In this document: positions 1 to 9,968 of the stretch, piece after piece
Layout of the letters: each line of letters opens with the position of its first letter
Position numbering within the stretch: the stretch's first letter is position 1
Source: Methanothermococcus sp. Ax23
Lineage (GTDB): Archaea > AGJL01 > Methanococci > Methanococcales > Methanococcaceae
Direction: 5' to 3'
Assembly: GCF_049075655.1 (NCBI RefSeq)
Contig: NZ_CP157522.1
Span: forward strand, 800,001 to 864,000
DNA length: 64,000 bases
Translations under genes and position numbers: made by a program
Notes under the pieces: model-generated
Told to the model about the DNA's origin: nothing
What the model saw: the letters and a program-made list of their open reading frames with translations, nothing else
The model's database searches: none

Positions 1-2012
1 TCTTTTAATATCCTATAATCAGAACTTCTTAGAACTTCATTAACTAAAAACTCCTTATACTTGGAATTATCTCCTTCTTTTTCAATTTTAATTTTTACAA
101 TGTTCTCTAATGACTCATTAATACGATTTATCAATTTTTTTCGTTTATTATATATCTCCTTTCTATTCTGTTCAAGCTCTTCCAATAATTCTTTCCGTTC
201 GTTTTTTAACTTATTTAAATTATTTTCCTTAGTTATAATTATTTCATTAAGTTTTTCCAATTCTTTCCGTTTCTTTTTCAATTCTAAGTAATCGTTATAA
301 TCCTTAACTGAAATACCATCATTCTCCATTACCAACAACAGTTCCCTCATTCTTTCTTTTTCACAGTTATACTTATCAGTCCAATCCGCATATATTTTAT
401 TAATCTTTTTATTACATTTATTCAATAACTTGATTTGCTCCATTATCTGACATTCTACCTCTTCTTTTGAATTTTTTAGCAATGATATACATTCTGATAT
501 TTTATCTCTATTGGGCAAATCTCCCATGTCCTCTATGGCTGGAGCTATTAATCTATTACTCCTAAATTCCATTAAAATTTCTTCATTATATTTTATACTG
601 TCATCCATTTGTTTTTTTATTTCATTTAAAATCCTTTTTTCATCTTCCCAATACATATGATCTTTAAGCTCATCCCCTATCCCTTTGCTATTCAATGTTC
701 GCAATTTTTCTTCAATGATTGGTAAATCTTTTATTTTAGACTTTAATTCATATATCGCTCCATCTTCCGTCAAAATCTTATTTTTATTCATTGCTAGTTT
801 TTTCAATAGTTCATCATTACATTCTTTCAAATTTTCAAAATCAATATACTGGTCAATCATATTTAGCTGACTTATACCACTATTCGCAATTTCTAACAAT
901 TCACCCTGGCCATAAAATTCTATTTTAAAAAATTCTCTCCGAAACTGGTCTATATCAATGCTGGTTTCCTCGCCACATTCTCTAAGGATTTTTGGGTTTT
1001 TACCATATACTCTTTCTATTACATAGTTCTCCCCATTGTTTGCATTCACTAACATTGTAATTTTGCCATTGTCGCCGAGAACTCCCCTAATTTTATTTTC
1101 TTCTTTTTTCCTTATATCTAGAATATCTGATGACATTCCCATAGCATATCTTATTAATTCAATAATTGTGGATTTTCCCGTACCCTTCCCCCCAATTATA
1201 CAATTTAATCCTATATTAAATTTTATGGTCTGGCTATTTAAAAATCCACCTTCAAATTTAATACCAATAATGTGGGGATGATTGGGTAATTCATCATTCA
1301 ATCTAATCCTCGAATCATAATCCCCCAATGCTAGTCGTAATCCTTCAAAACTTGGTTTATCCATTTTTATCAAGGAGTATCTCCTGCCTATATCCTCCAA
1401 TGAATGAGCATCAGAATTTTGAATGCAGGCGTACCCCCTATTATTATATTCTTCCTTGGTTTCCATTCTTGTTATTTCAATTCCCCTCAAATAAGGGGAC
1501 TCTAAAATCTCTTTTTTAGCTGGAATCAGTCTTTGTATTTCTGTGTCCAACCCACAATTGGAATCCACATGTGATAGGATAGATATGCCGCCTAATTCAT
1601 CCACTATCTTCATTATCACAGGTATTGTTTTATTGGTCACCGTATCGGATTTTCCCCTTTTATCATGTGAAATGTCAATTTTTATTAATAGCTCATCCAC
1701 TTTTTTATAGTCTAATGGGTCAAAAATTGCCAAAATGTGAACTTGCCTCTCACCCCCATGTGGTGTTGTTATTTCAACGCCTGGAAGAACCAGTAGGTTT
1801 TTACCCTTTGCCGCTTCTGAAACTTTCTCGAACCATCCTTCACTATTGTGGTCAGTTATTGCTATAATCTCTATTTTTTTATTAATTGCAGTTTCTACTA
1901 TGTCTTCTGCAGTTACATTTTTCTCCTTGTAGCATTTTGAGGCTGGTGTGTGTATGTGAAGATCGCATGTGTAAAATTTTGCTCCATTATTCTTAGATAA
2001 TATATCATTCAT
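1..2012 (-). CDS. PHP-domain + ABC/SMC-like ATPase fusion (Ppl/TrlF-like defence protein); 3' part runs off the window
   Basis: Not in the ORF track. Segments translated by hand from ATG 2012 (GGGGGT RBS): MNDILSKNNGAKFYTCDLHIHTPAS...IAITDHN...PGVEIT...HILAIF...QNSDAHS (PHP motifs), then LNCIIGGKGTGKSTIIELIRYA (Walker A, ~1170-1195) and coiled-coil-like sequence toward the edge. Confidence 0.85.
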   Translation of the reverse strand, partial: MNDILSKNNGAKFYTCDLHIHTPASKCYKEKNVTAEDIVETAINKKIEIIAITDHNSEGWFEKVSEAAKGKNLLVLPGVEITTPHGGERQVHILAIFDPLDYKKVDELLIKIDISHDKRGKSDTVTNKTIPVIMKIVDELGGISILSHVDSNCGLDTEIQRLIPAKKEILESPYLRGIEITRMETKEEYNNRGYACIQNSDAHSLEDIGRRYSLIKMDKPSFEGLRLALGDYDSRIRLNDELPNHPHIIGIKFEGGFLNSQTIKFNIGLNCIIGGKGTGKSTIIELIRYAMGMSSDILDIRKKEENKIRGVLGDNGKITMLVNANNGENYVIERVYGKNPKILRECGEETSIDIDQFRREFFKIEFYGQGELLEIANSGISQLNMIDQYIDFENLKECNDELLKKLAMNKNKILTEDGAIYELKSKIKDLPIIEEKLRTLNSKGIGDELKDHMYWEDEKRILNEIKKQMDDSIKYNEEILMEFRSNRLIAPAIEDMGDLPNRDKISECISLLKNSKEEVECQIMEQIKLLNKCNKKINKIYADWTDKYNCEKERMRELLLVMENDGISVKDYNDYLELKKKRKELEKLNEIIITKENNLNKLKNERKELLEELEQNRKEIYNKRKKLINRINESLENIVKIKIEKEGDNSKYKEFLVNEVLRSSDYRILK

Positions 2013-2076
2013 TATATTACCCCCCACTAAAAATGTAATTATATGTCATTACTTGGCATATTTACCAATATATTTA

Positions 2077-3237
2077 TTATTTCTCCCCGCCGCCATGTTT
2101 GCTCTTTCTTGGTCTTATTTTAACAGTTTTTATACATTCTTTTTCATCATCAACAAATACACATTCTCCTTTATTTAAATCTTTAATATATATTTTCAAT
2201 TCCTTCCCCATATATTCTTGATTTAACTTATTTAGTGCATTTACATCTTCCCTATTGGTAACCTTATGTGCAAAAATTATATCGCATTGGCTCAAAACTT
2301 CGTTATCAACCGCTGATGGCTGTTGGGTAGCTATTATCAAATTTAGCCCAGGCTGTCGCCCTTCCTTTGCCCACCTTATCAGTATTTCCTTAGATAATGT
2401 TGATTTTCCAGATGGAATGAAATTATGTGCTTCATCAATGAACATCCAAACTTTTGACATTTTTGACTCTAAATTTAACATTTCCCTTTTTCTTGATTTC
2501 AATCTTTGATTGAATAGATATTTTGAGATTATTGAAACCACTAAATCTCTTAATCCATGTCTTCCGCTTTCTATTGTGCTTAAATCAACGACATTTACGG
2601 CATTTGTGCTAAACACACTTTCTATTTGGATTTCTTCATCTGCAAATATCCCCCATTTCTTTGCCATATTTAATCTATTGATTAACGCTTCCTTTGTAGT
2701 TTCTTTCGATTTTGTGTCCCTTTCTATTTCGTAAATGATGTCATCTATTGTGAAAAACTTTTTTGATATAGAATCCACAGCCCTATATAATGCAATTCCC
2801 ATCATTTCATTTATGTTTATGTTAAACAAATCACACCATCCTTCTGGTGATATGTCTGAAGGATTTAAAAGAAGCTGTTTAAACTCAATTCCTTTATTTT
2901 CCAATTCTTTTACCACTTCACTATCAAACCGTTTTTCCACTTCTCCGGGAACTATCAGTTTAACAGGATATTCCCTTGCATATAGATTCCAATCCCAGAG
3001 CTCTTCCTCTTGCTCAATATTTGGTTCAGCCATAGTCCAAAATATTCCCATTGGGTCAATAATAATTTTCAAAAAATCAGGGTATTTCTCTTGGAGCTCC
3101 TCAACTAACACCCCCATGGTATAACTTTTACCACTACCCCTTTTTCCACAGATAAATATGGCATGAGATTTTGATGCATCAATATATTGGTCATCTTCTA
3201 ACTTTTCTCTAACTTTTTCCCTTCCGATAAAAAGCAT
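2077..3237 (-). CDS. HerA/FtsK-like (DUF87) ATPase
   Basis: ICGKRGSGKSYT Walker A, IIIDPMG, MFIDEAHNF Walker B, KEGRQPG and IATQQPS motifs. Start moved to ATG 3237 behind GAGGGA (track start 3249). Confidence 0.85.
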   Translation of the reverse strand: MLFIGREKVREKLEDDQYIDASKSHAIFICGKRGSGKSYTMGVLVEELQEKYPDFLKIIIDPMGIFWTMAEPNIEQEEELWDWNLYAREYPVKLIVPGEVEKRFDSEVVKELENKGIEFKQLLLNPSDISPEGWCDLFNININEMMGIALYRAVDSISKKFFTIDDIIYEIERDTKSKETTKEALINRLNMAKKWGIFADEEIQIESVFSTNAVNVVDLSTIESGRHGLRDLVVSIISKYLFNQRLKSRKREMLNLESKMSKVWMFIDEAHNFIPSGKSTLSKEILIRWAKEGRQPGLNLIIATQQPSAVDNEVLSQCDIIFAHKVTNREDVNALNKLNQEYMGKELKIYIKDLNKGECVFVDDEKECIKTVKIRPRKSKHGGGEK

Positions 3238-3238
3238 G

Positions 3239-4198
3239 CTATCCCTCAATTATTATTAGTGGAACAAAACACTCTTCGAAGGATATTCCTCCATGAGCTC
3301 CCCTACCATAGTTCTTTTCAAAGTCCCATTTTATTCCATGGTCTGAAATTACATAAACTACAAACGATTCATTAATTTTGCCTAAAAATTCCACTAATTT
3401 TTTTATATTTTCAAAAATTTCATTTATTTTATGATTTATAAGTTCTTTACTTGTAGTTCTTATTTTATGGGCATCTTCATCTAACCCCATCCTATATATT
3501 TGTATATATTTTTTTCTACAAGGGTTATTTTCGATCATATTTTTTAAATCCATCTCATGAATAAAAATGTTATTTTCAGGCATGTATCTAAACAACTCAT
3601 CAGTTGTTTTGTTTTTAGCCCTGTTCCAATATGTTAGTCCATAGATATCATATCCCAAATAATATAGACTTTTGGCTATTGGAATATTATCATATCCAAA
3701 AATTATATTCTTAAAACCATTTATCGTATTTGTTTTACCATTTACAAAAACTGGTGTGATTTTTTTAAACATATTGCCTATATTTAAATTCACAACATCA
3801 ATATAAGATAACCCATCAATGAGATACAAAACCACAGTTTTTGGGGTTTTTGAATTCACATATTCCAAAATATCTGTTTTGACATCTTTCTGTGTTTTCG
3901 CGTATTTTTCGATTAAATGGTATTTTTCTTCAATGATAGTATTTAGTTCAAATGTAAATGGATTGTGATTTAACTCATACATTGGTAATCTATCATCACA
4001 CTGGTCGGTGATCACATAGTTTTTTTGTGGAATTTGGATATGTGGATTATCCATCATATTCCAAAAGTCATCGTATGAAATCTCGTCCAAATCAAAAAAT
4101 AATAAGGAAAGTTTGTGGTTTAATCCCAAATAAACTGGAAACCTTTTTATTTTTTCCTTACAATTATTTCGATATAGTTGTCTAATTTGTTCAGACAT
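3239..4198 (-). CDS. Compact PglZ-like alkaline-phosphatase-superfamily protein
   Basis: YLIDGLSY, DEDAH, VISDHG and HGGISFEECFVP are the PglZ core motifs. Start uncertain. Confidence 0.75.
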   Translation of the reverse strand: MSEQIRQLYRNNCKEKIKRFPVYLGLNHKLSLLFFDLDEISYDDFWNMMDNPHIQIPQKNYVITDQCDDRLPMYELNHNPFTFELNTIIEEKYHLIEKYAKTQKDVKTDILEYVNSKTPKTVVLYLIDGLSYIDVVNLNIGNMFKKITPVFVNGKTNTINGFKNIIFGYDNIPIAKSLYYLGYDIYGLTYWNRAKNKTTDELFRYMPENNIFIHEMDLKNMIENNPCRKKYIQIYRMGLDEDAHKIRTTSKELINHKINEIFENIKKLVEFLGKINESFVVYVISDHGIKWDFEKNYGRGAHGGISFEECFVPLIIIEG

Positions 4199-4268
4199 TT
4201 TATGACCCCCTCTGTATCCATGCCACTTTTCTTTATCAGCTCCCCGAGTGGCATTTCCTTTTCCTTGT

Positions 4269-7200
4269 TCAATATTTCAAGGATTCTTTTTCCTCTTCAG
4301 TAGGTTCAAACACTGAGCTTCTCCGTTTTACATCTTTATCAATTTCTTTAATTTCTCGCCCCAATTCTATTAAATTTTCTTTCATGCCCTTAATATCATC
4401 TAACCCCTCAATTATATCCAACTCAAATAATGTGGATTTTAATCCATCTAGTTTCTCTTCAATTTTATGTAATTTGTTATACAATTCATCCTTTTCGGAT
4501 TCATTTTCAATTTTCATATCAATTTTTGTCTTTATATCAACAATATAGTCTTCATAGGATGAAATAAAGTTTTTCATATCCTCTTTTATGGAATCGTTGA
4601 GGTTCTGGTAAGAAGTGTCTCTGTCCTCAATGCTGAATGCAATATTGTATCTTATGGGCTTACAATTTAAAAGTTCACTATCTCTTATGATGCTGTTCAA
4701 TATCGCTTCAACATCACCTTTTTTAGTGATAAATCCCTCCTTCAGCAATCTTTCCTTATTTTTTATACTGGTGGATATCTGGTTAATTTTTGATTTTATG
4801 AGCTCATCGTTGAATAAATATTTCTCTTTATATTGTGCAAAACCATGCTGTATTTCATATATGAGGTTTTCAAACTTTGAATTTTCTTCTTCAATATCCA
4901 AATGCTCCTTGTATTCGTCAATATTTCTAAATATGTCTTCCATATAACCGATTAGTTCTTTCCATGTTTGCCATTTATTATATTTATTAATAATATTGTC
5001 TTGATTCTTTTTTATATCATTCAGTTTAGTTTTAGCACCCTTTAATCTTTTAGCTAATTCCGCAAAATCTCCACCTGAATATTCTATACTTTCTTTGAGT
5101 TCTTTTGCTTCCCTTATGGAATTTTGACATTCTCTTTTTAGATTTGTTGGTATTCTGTTGATATGGTCAATTATTGATGCGAGAGAACTGCAGGTTATCG
5201 AAGCTTTACCCTCTTCATCTATCTTAGTCTTGATTCTATTCAATTCTGCAATTGTCTTATTTATCCGTTCCAACATGTTTGTTTTGTCATTGTTTAATCG
5301 TTCGGTTATTCTTCTGAACTCTACATTTATGCCTCGTTCCCAATCATTTATTCTGTCCATATATCCATGTAATTTATCTTCATTGTGTTCATTTTTAATT
5401 TCATTTTTTAAGTTAAAGTTTATTGACAAATTTGGAGTCTCCCCATATTCTCTACATATTTTAGCAACATATCCTGCCATATTTACAACTTCTTCAAACT
5501 TGTTCAACACATCCACATTTGATATTTGCCTTTGTTTTATCAAAATGTCATTGTCTTCGTCATATTTGATGTATCCCCTACTTTCGAGAAGTTTAATGAC
5601 ATCTTCAATTTCGTCTATTAAATAACCTTTTCCAAACGCATATTCTTCAATTTCATCCCATTTTACAGAACCGAATGTATCAAATTTATTTTTAAAGGTA
5701 TCCCATATATCCTTTTCAAGCGGATGCATAGTGAGATTGAATTCCACCCTGTCGTCCCTGCCCCAGTATATGATTTTTATTAGATTTTTCCATTTTCCAG
5801 ATTTGCATTCATCATAAAATCCTGAAACACTTGGATTTCTACTTCCAGTCAATTCACCCACAAGTTCTCTTTTTGTGGATTCGATAGGTTCCCCCCTTCT
5901 CTTTGAAATTGGTAGTTTTTTTAAATAACTTCGGTATCTGTCCAAATCCCTGTGGTAATTAACTGAGTGTATTAAAGTATGATAACAAGGGTATTTCATT
6001 ACACAAAGCTTTGTGAATATCTCTTCAACCATTTTTTCATAATTTTTCGACAAATTGTGTTTATTTTTCAATTCATCGCTGAACAAAAATCTCTTCAAAT
6101 ACCTGACAAGCAAACTTTTCAATGATTTAATTTCCCCTTCAAATTTTGTATAGATCTCACTATTTTCTTCTAAATTATCAAGATGTTTCAAAAGACATAG
6201 CATGAACATTGGATTTACATCCTGTGGTTTTACATAATTTTGAAGTATTTTTAAATCCCCCGGAAGTTCATGCTCAGCAACTTTTTTAAGCATGTCAAAC
6301 TTAAACACCACATGTCCAGCATTGTAATCGATTCTCAAATCATCCGTGTTGGAGATATCACCATGGTTACCAACATCAAGCACAAATTCATAGGAGATAT
6401 CACCAGCTTTACCGACCAGTCTTTCTACGAATGATTTGCTTTTTTCATTTAACTCTTTTCTAACAACATAGGTTTCCACAAACCTGTTTGGATATTTCGG
6501 ATTGAATGTCCCTTCCAAAAAAATGAAATGACCATTTGGTATTGGGGTATCATCCTTGTAAGTCCATCCAAATATCTGATTTCCCCGCCTTCTTGGAAAA
6601 ATCTCAGGCATTAGATATTTCAAAAATGCATCGGTCATGTCTCCCTCATACATTTCATTTTCAGCAAAATGAGTCCTAAACTTTATAATCTGCTGAGTTA
6701 TGAAATCATTGCTATCTCCATGTTCCAATCCTTCAAGTGAGTATCCCTCGATGGTGTATTTTATGATTGTTCCATATAATTTCTTTTGGAGCTCCTCAAA
6801 TGCATTCCATAATCCATATGCCTTAATTTTGTCTTCACTAATACCATTTGGAAATGCCCCTAAAAACTTAATAACATTTCGTTTTTCTTCGGAATTAATT
6901 TCATTCAAAGACAGAGCTCGGTTTAACTCTTCAACATATTTTGGTTGGACATACTCCACTTTATTATTCAATACATCATTAACAAAATCCAAAACATCAT
7001 AAGAGTTCATAGTGTCTTTGTAAATTGTGCATGCCCTTTTGAAAGCGTTTATCACAGTTCTTGGACCTCTCCCCAAATGCTCCTTTGAAGATACTTCACC
7101 AATAGACCTCAAGCAGTCTTTTGTTATTATATCATATGGTTCAAATCCAAATTTTTCCCCATATATTTTCCAAAGATTTTCAGCAAAAGTGTTGGTGTAT

Positions 7201-8000
7201 ATATTTATTAAATTCAAATAGAATTCATCCTTTTTCAGCCTATCAATCAAATCCCCTGCCCGTGTAGCCAATTCTTCTTCCTGATAATCCGGAATTATAA
7301 ATAATATCCCTATCCCTTCATTGTAAGTTCCCAATTCAAAAACAAAGTTTCTAAGTTCGTTAATTGTGTTTGTGCTAGTAATACCCTGAACTTCATCAAC
7401 GAATATCGCCAAACCCTCAAAATTTTCTTTTATAATTCCATTTATTTCCTTCAAAAACCGCATCAATATTTTCGGCGTGATACCAATTACTAAATTATCA
7501 CTTAATTCATTGATTATATCCTCAGCTTCATTTCTTGTTAATCGTTTCTTTTGCTGTAAATCCCTGATTACTTTTTCTCTACCTTCTGCTCTGTATTTTA
7601 GGTGGATTTCTTCAATAGTGTTTAAATACTCAGGATATTTGTGTTTAAAAACATATCTTGTCCAGCCATAAACTGCATCCATTATGCTATCAAGCTTCCC
7701 ATCGAATTTAAACGGAGGAACTGCTAATATATTATTTTCCTTACAGAAATTCCATAAACTTAGAGCCTTACTTGTTTTTCCATAGCCATACGGTGCAGAG
7801 ATATATCCTTTTACAGTTTTTCCCTTTTTTATTTCCCTCACAAATCTTTTATCAAAATCAGAACTCCCCACTTGAATATATGTAGAAAGATATTTCTCAT
7901 AGTTTGCATAAATTTCATCTGGTTTTTCCATAAAGTTTTCTGGCGAGTATGTATCTACAACAATACTTTTGTTGATAATATATTCCAAATTACCAATCAT
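4269..8000 (-). CDS. Large P-loop ATPase with long C-terminal coiled coil (BrxC/PglY-like); possibly frameshifted near the 3' end
   Basis: SAPYGYGKT Walker A, IFVDEVQ Walker B, DLIDRL, GPRTVI; ~400 aa heptad-rich C-terminus; directly upstream of pglZ-like gene. ATG 8000 follows GAGGGG. Confidence 0.7.
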   Translation of the reverse strand: MIGNLEYIINKSIVVDTYSPENFMEKPDEIYANYEKYLSTYIQVGSSDFDKRFVREIKKGKTVKGYISAPYGYGKTSKALSLWNFCKENNILAVPPFKFDGKLDSIMDAVYGWTRYVFKHKYPEYLNTIEEIHLKYRAEGREKVIRDLQQKKRLTRNEAEDIINELSDNLVIGITPKILMRFLKEINGIIKENFEGLAIFVDEVQGITSTNTINELRNFVFELGTYNEGIGILFIIPDYQEEELATRAGDLIDRLKKDEFYLNLINIYTNTFAENLWKIYGEKFGFEPYDIITKDCLRSIGEVSSKEHLGRGPRTVINAFKRACTIYKDTMNSYDVLDFVNDVLNNKVEYVQPKYVEELNRALSLNEINSEEKRNVIKFLGAFPNGISEDKIKAYGLWNAFEELQKKLYGTIIKYTIEGYSLEGLEHGDSNDFITQQIIKFRTHFAENEMYEGDMTDAFLKYLMPEIFPRRRGNQIFGWTYKDDTPIPNGHFIFLEGTFNPKYPNRFVETYVVRKELNEKSKSFVERLVGKAGDISYEFVLDVGNHGDISNTDDLRIDYNAGHVVFKFDMLKKVAEHELPGDLKILQNYVKPQDVNPMFMLCLLKHLDNLEENSEIYTKFEGEIKSLKSLLVRYLKRFLFSDELKNKHNLSKNYEKMVEEIFTKLCVMKYPCYHTLIHSVNYHRDLDRYRSYLKKLPISKRRGEPIESTKRELVGELTGSRNPSVSGFYDECKSGKWKNLIKIIYWGRDDRVEFNLTMHPLEKDIWDTFKNKFDTFGSVKWDEIEEYAFGKGYLIDEIEDVIKLLESRGYIKYDEDNDILIKQRQISNVDVLNKFEEVVNMAGYVAKICREYGETPNLSINFNLKNEIKNEHNEDKLHGYMDRINDWERGINVEFRRITERLNNDKTNMLERINKTIAELNRIKTKIDEEGKASITCSSLASIIDHINRIPTNLKRECQNSIREAKELKESIEYSGGDFAELAKRLKGAKTKLNDIKKNQDNIINKYNKWQTWKELIGYMEDIFRNIDEYKEHLDIEEENSKFENLIYEIQHGFAQYKEKYLFNDELIKSKINQISTSIKNKERLLKEGFITKKGDVEAILNSIIRDSELLNCKPIRYNIAFSIEDRDTSYQNLNDSIKEDMKNFISSYEDYIVDIKTKIDMKIENESEKDELYNKLHKIEEKLDGLKSTLFELDIIEGLDDIKGMKENLIELGREIKEIDKDVKRRSSVFEPTEEEKESLKY

Positions 8001-8499
8001 AAACAACCCCTCTGAAAATTTTCCACAAATTATTGTTCGAATAATTTTTATTGATGTTTATATTTAGACTTTTCAAATTATCAAGCACTTTGACAATATC
8101 ACTATTATCGAGTGTTAATTTTACAGAATATGGGACTGACTTTATTTTAGTGATATATATCACTTTTTCACTTTTTGTCGTGGTTAATCGTCTAATATCT
8201 TTTATGTTAGTTAGCCTCCCATTATCTATAACTGCATAAGGCACATTTTTCGAATATTCTTTATATTTTTTTTCATTTTCAAAATACTTAAAACCATCCA
8301 TTACAAAAATCCATCCTAAAAATGTTTTTCCAACACCTCCATCCCCATATAATCCTACAACATCATCATATAGTAAATATTCATTTACCCTATCGTATGC
8401 CTCTTTTTGACTGTCAGTCATCCAATCTTTATTGTAATTATTCTTTATATAATTGATTATTTCAAGGTAATTTACCATAATTTCCCAATTATTTTTCAT
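7990..8499 (-). CDS. Small P-loop protein (BrxB position)
   Basis: GLYGDGGVGKT Walker A, YAVIDN Walker-B-like; its stop overlaps the start of the large ATPase. Alternative start 8478. Confidence 0.6.
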   Translation of the reverse strand: MKNNWEIMVNYLEIINYIKNNYNKDWMTDSQKEAYDRVNEYLLYDDVVGLYGDGGVGKTFLGWIFVMDGFKYFENEKKYKEYSKNVPYAVIDNGRLTNIKDIRRLTTTKSEKVIYITKIKSVPYSVKLTLDNSDIVKVLDNLKSLNININKNYSNNNLWKIFRGVVYDW

Positions 8500-8511
8500 T
8501 GTTGTTATAAT

Positions 8512-9384
8512 TCAGTAAACACTTACAACTACACTACCAGCACCTTTGCTTTTTTGCCCACCTAATATTTTTATATTTTGTATTGCAGGAATTAATACTT
8601 CTTCAATTAAAAATTTCGCTCTTTTATCTTTATCGCCTTCTCTCCATTTTTCGAGCCATTTGTCAATTACAACATTGTTAATTTTTCTTGCATCTCCAAA
8701 TTGAATACTCTGCATTTCAAGGATTGGAGTTGATATTATAATTTCAATGTTTCCTTTAAATATAGAACCAGGTCCAACATGCTCCCCTTCAACTTTTGCC
8801 CCCTTAGCAGCAGTTCCTGTTTTTCTATCAATTCTTATGTTTGTTTGGTCTATCACGCCACCTTCATTTTCCATACAGAAATTTCCAATTCTTAAAAATC
8901 CCATAATTCCCGTAGCTCCCATAAAATAACATACTGGACATATCCCTAAATTTCCAGCATATATTTTATCTTCTTCAACTTTAACTTCACAATGTCCAAT
9001 ATATTTTTTCCCATCCATTTTTCCCCTATATGCCCATAATAATTCTTGTTCTGCTTTTGTTGGATTTGGGGTGGGTATGCAAGGTTTCAATAATTTATTC
9101 TCAATATTAAATATTTTAGCAAATTCATCAATTTTTTCAATAAACAATAGTTCTAATTCATGTCTTAGAGCTCCTTTAAAACTACTTGCAGGTATTGCAG
9201 GTCTTCCATTTATTTTAAACACAGGTGTTTTCTTTTCATTTAGTGGTGAAGGAGATGCTCCTATATGTAAAAAACTATCTTCACAAACCGTTATTGTTAT
9301 TGGAATCTCCAATACTTTAACTCTCCCCAAAGTTTTTTCATTAAGATTGATTTTATTTTCTCCAATATTTATTTCCATACTCAT
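8512..9384 (-). CDS. cas7: Cas7-group RAMP (Csm3-like)
   Basis: LHIGA, PAIPASSFKGALR, CPVCYFMG, IRIDRKTGTA and G-rich loop LGGQKSKGAG. Confidence 0.9.
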   Translation of the reverse strand: MSMEINIGENKINLNEKTLGRVKVLEIPITITVCEDSFLHIGASPSPLNEKKTPVFKINGRPAIPASSFKGALRHELELLFIEKIDEFAKIFNIENKLLKPCIPTPNPTKAEQELLWAYRGKMDGKKYIGHCEVKVEEDKIYAGNLGICPVCYFMGATGIMGFLRIGNFCMENEGGVIDQTNIRIDRKTGTAAKGAKVEGEHVGPGSIFKGNIEIIISTPILEMQSIQFGDARKINNVVIDKWLEKWREGDKDKRAKFLIEEVLIPAIQNIKILGGQKSKGAGSVVVSVY

Positions 9385-9968
9385 CTTATTACCTCCCAGT
9401 ATTTTTCTAATGAATTAAGTTTTCTAACAATGAAGGCTATTTTTTCTCTTGGAACACCTGCATCATATAATTCCATAGTATAATTAAGAACTTTTGTTAA
9501 TGCACGGTTTTTTGGGAATGGGGATTTTTCTATCTTATTCGTGAAGTATTCTATAACAATTGATTTTTCATATCTTTCAATAACCTTTCCGTAGTCATTC
9601 ATATTTGGTAATTTGCATTCCACAAGCCCATACCATTCAAGAGTTTCAAATAGTTGTTTTAAGAGATGTTGTTTGTTTTTGTATGAGTTTTTTAACCAGT
9701 TTGCTCGTTCTTCTGTTAATTCTTTAATTTTTGACTTCCTCCATCCTTTGGAATATTTATCTTTATGTTTTATTTGACTAATTCTATCATCAATCATATT
9801 TTCAAATTCATCTTTTTTTCCTTTTTCATATAATTCTTTAAGTTTTTTCCAGTCATCTCTCTCAAAGAGTTTTGGAATGGTATCTTTTTTATGACTATCG
9901 TAAGGACTATCGAATATATCTATATCATTTAAAACTTTTTTAAAAATCCCATCCATTTTACTCGTCAT
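9381..9968 (-). CDS. Putative small subunit (Cas11/Csm2-like), alpha-helical
   Basis: 195 aa, helical and charged; lies between the cas5-like and cas7-like genes and overlaps both. Call is by position only. Confidence 0.55.
   Translation of the reverse strand: MTSKMDGIFKKVLNDIDIFDSPYDSHKKDTIPKLFERDDWKKLKELYEKGKKDEFENMIDDRISQIKHKDKYSKGWRKSKIKELTEERANWLKNSYKNKQHLLKQLFETLEWYGLVECKLPNMNDYGKVIERYEKSIVIEYFTNKIEKSPFPKNRALTKVLNYTMELYDAGVPREKIAFIVRKLNSLEKYWEVIR

Noticed and set aside
61-1867. Short plus-strand ORFs here, and similar antisense ORFs throughout the track
   Set aside because: They are shadows of long opposite-strand genes, Phe/Ser/Ile-rich, with no motifs.
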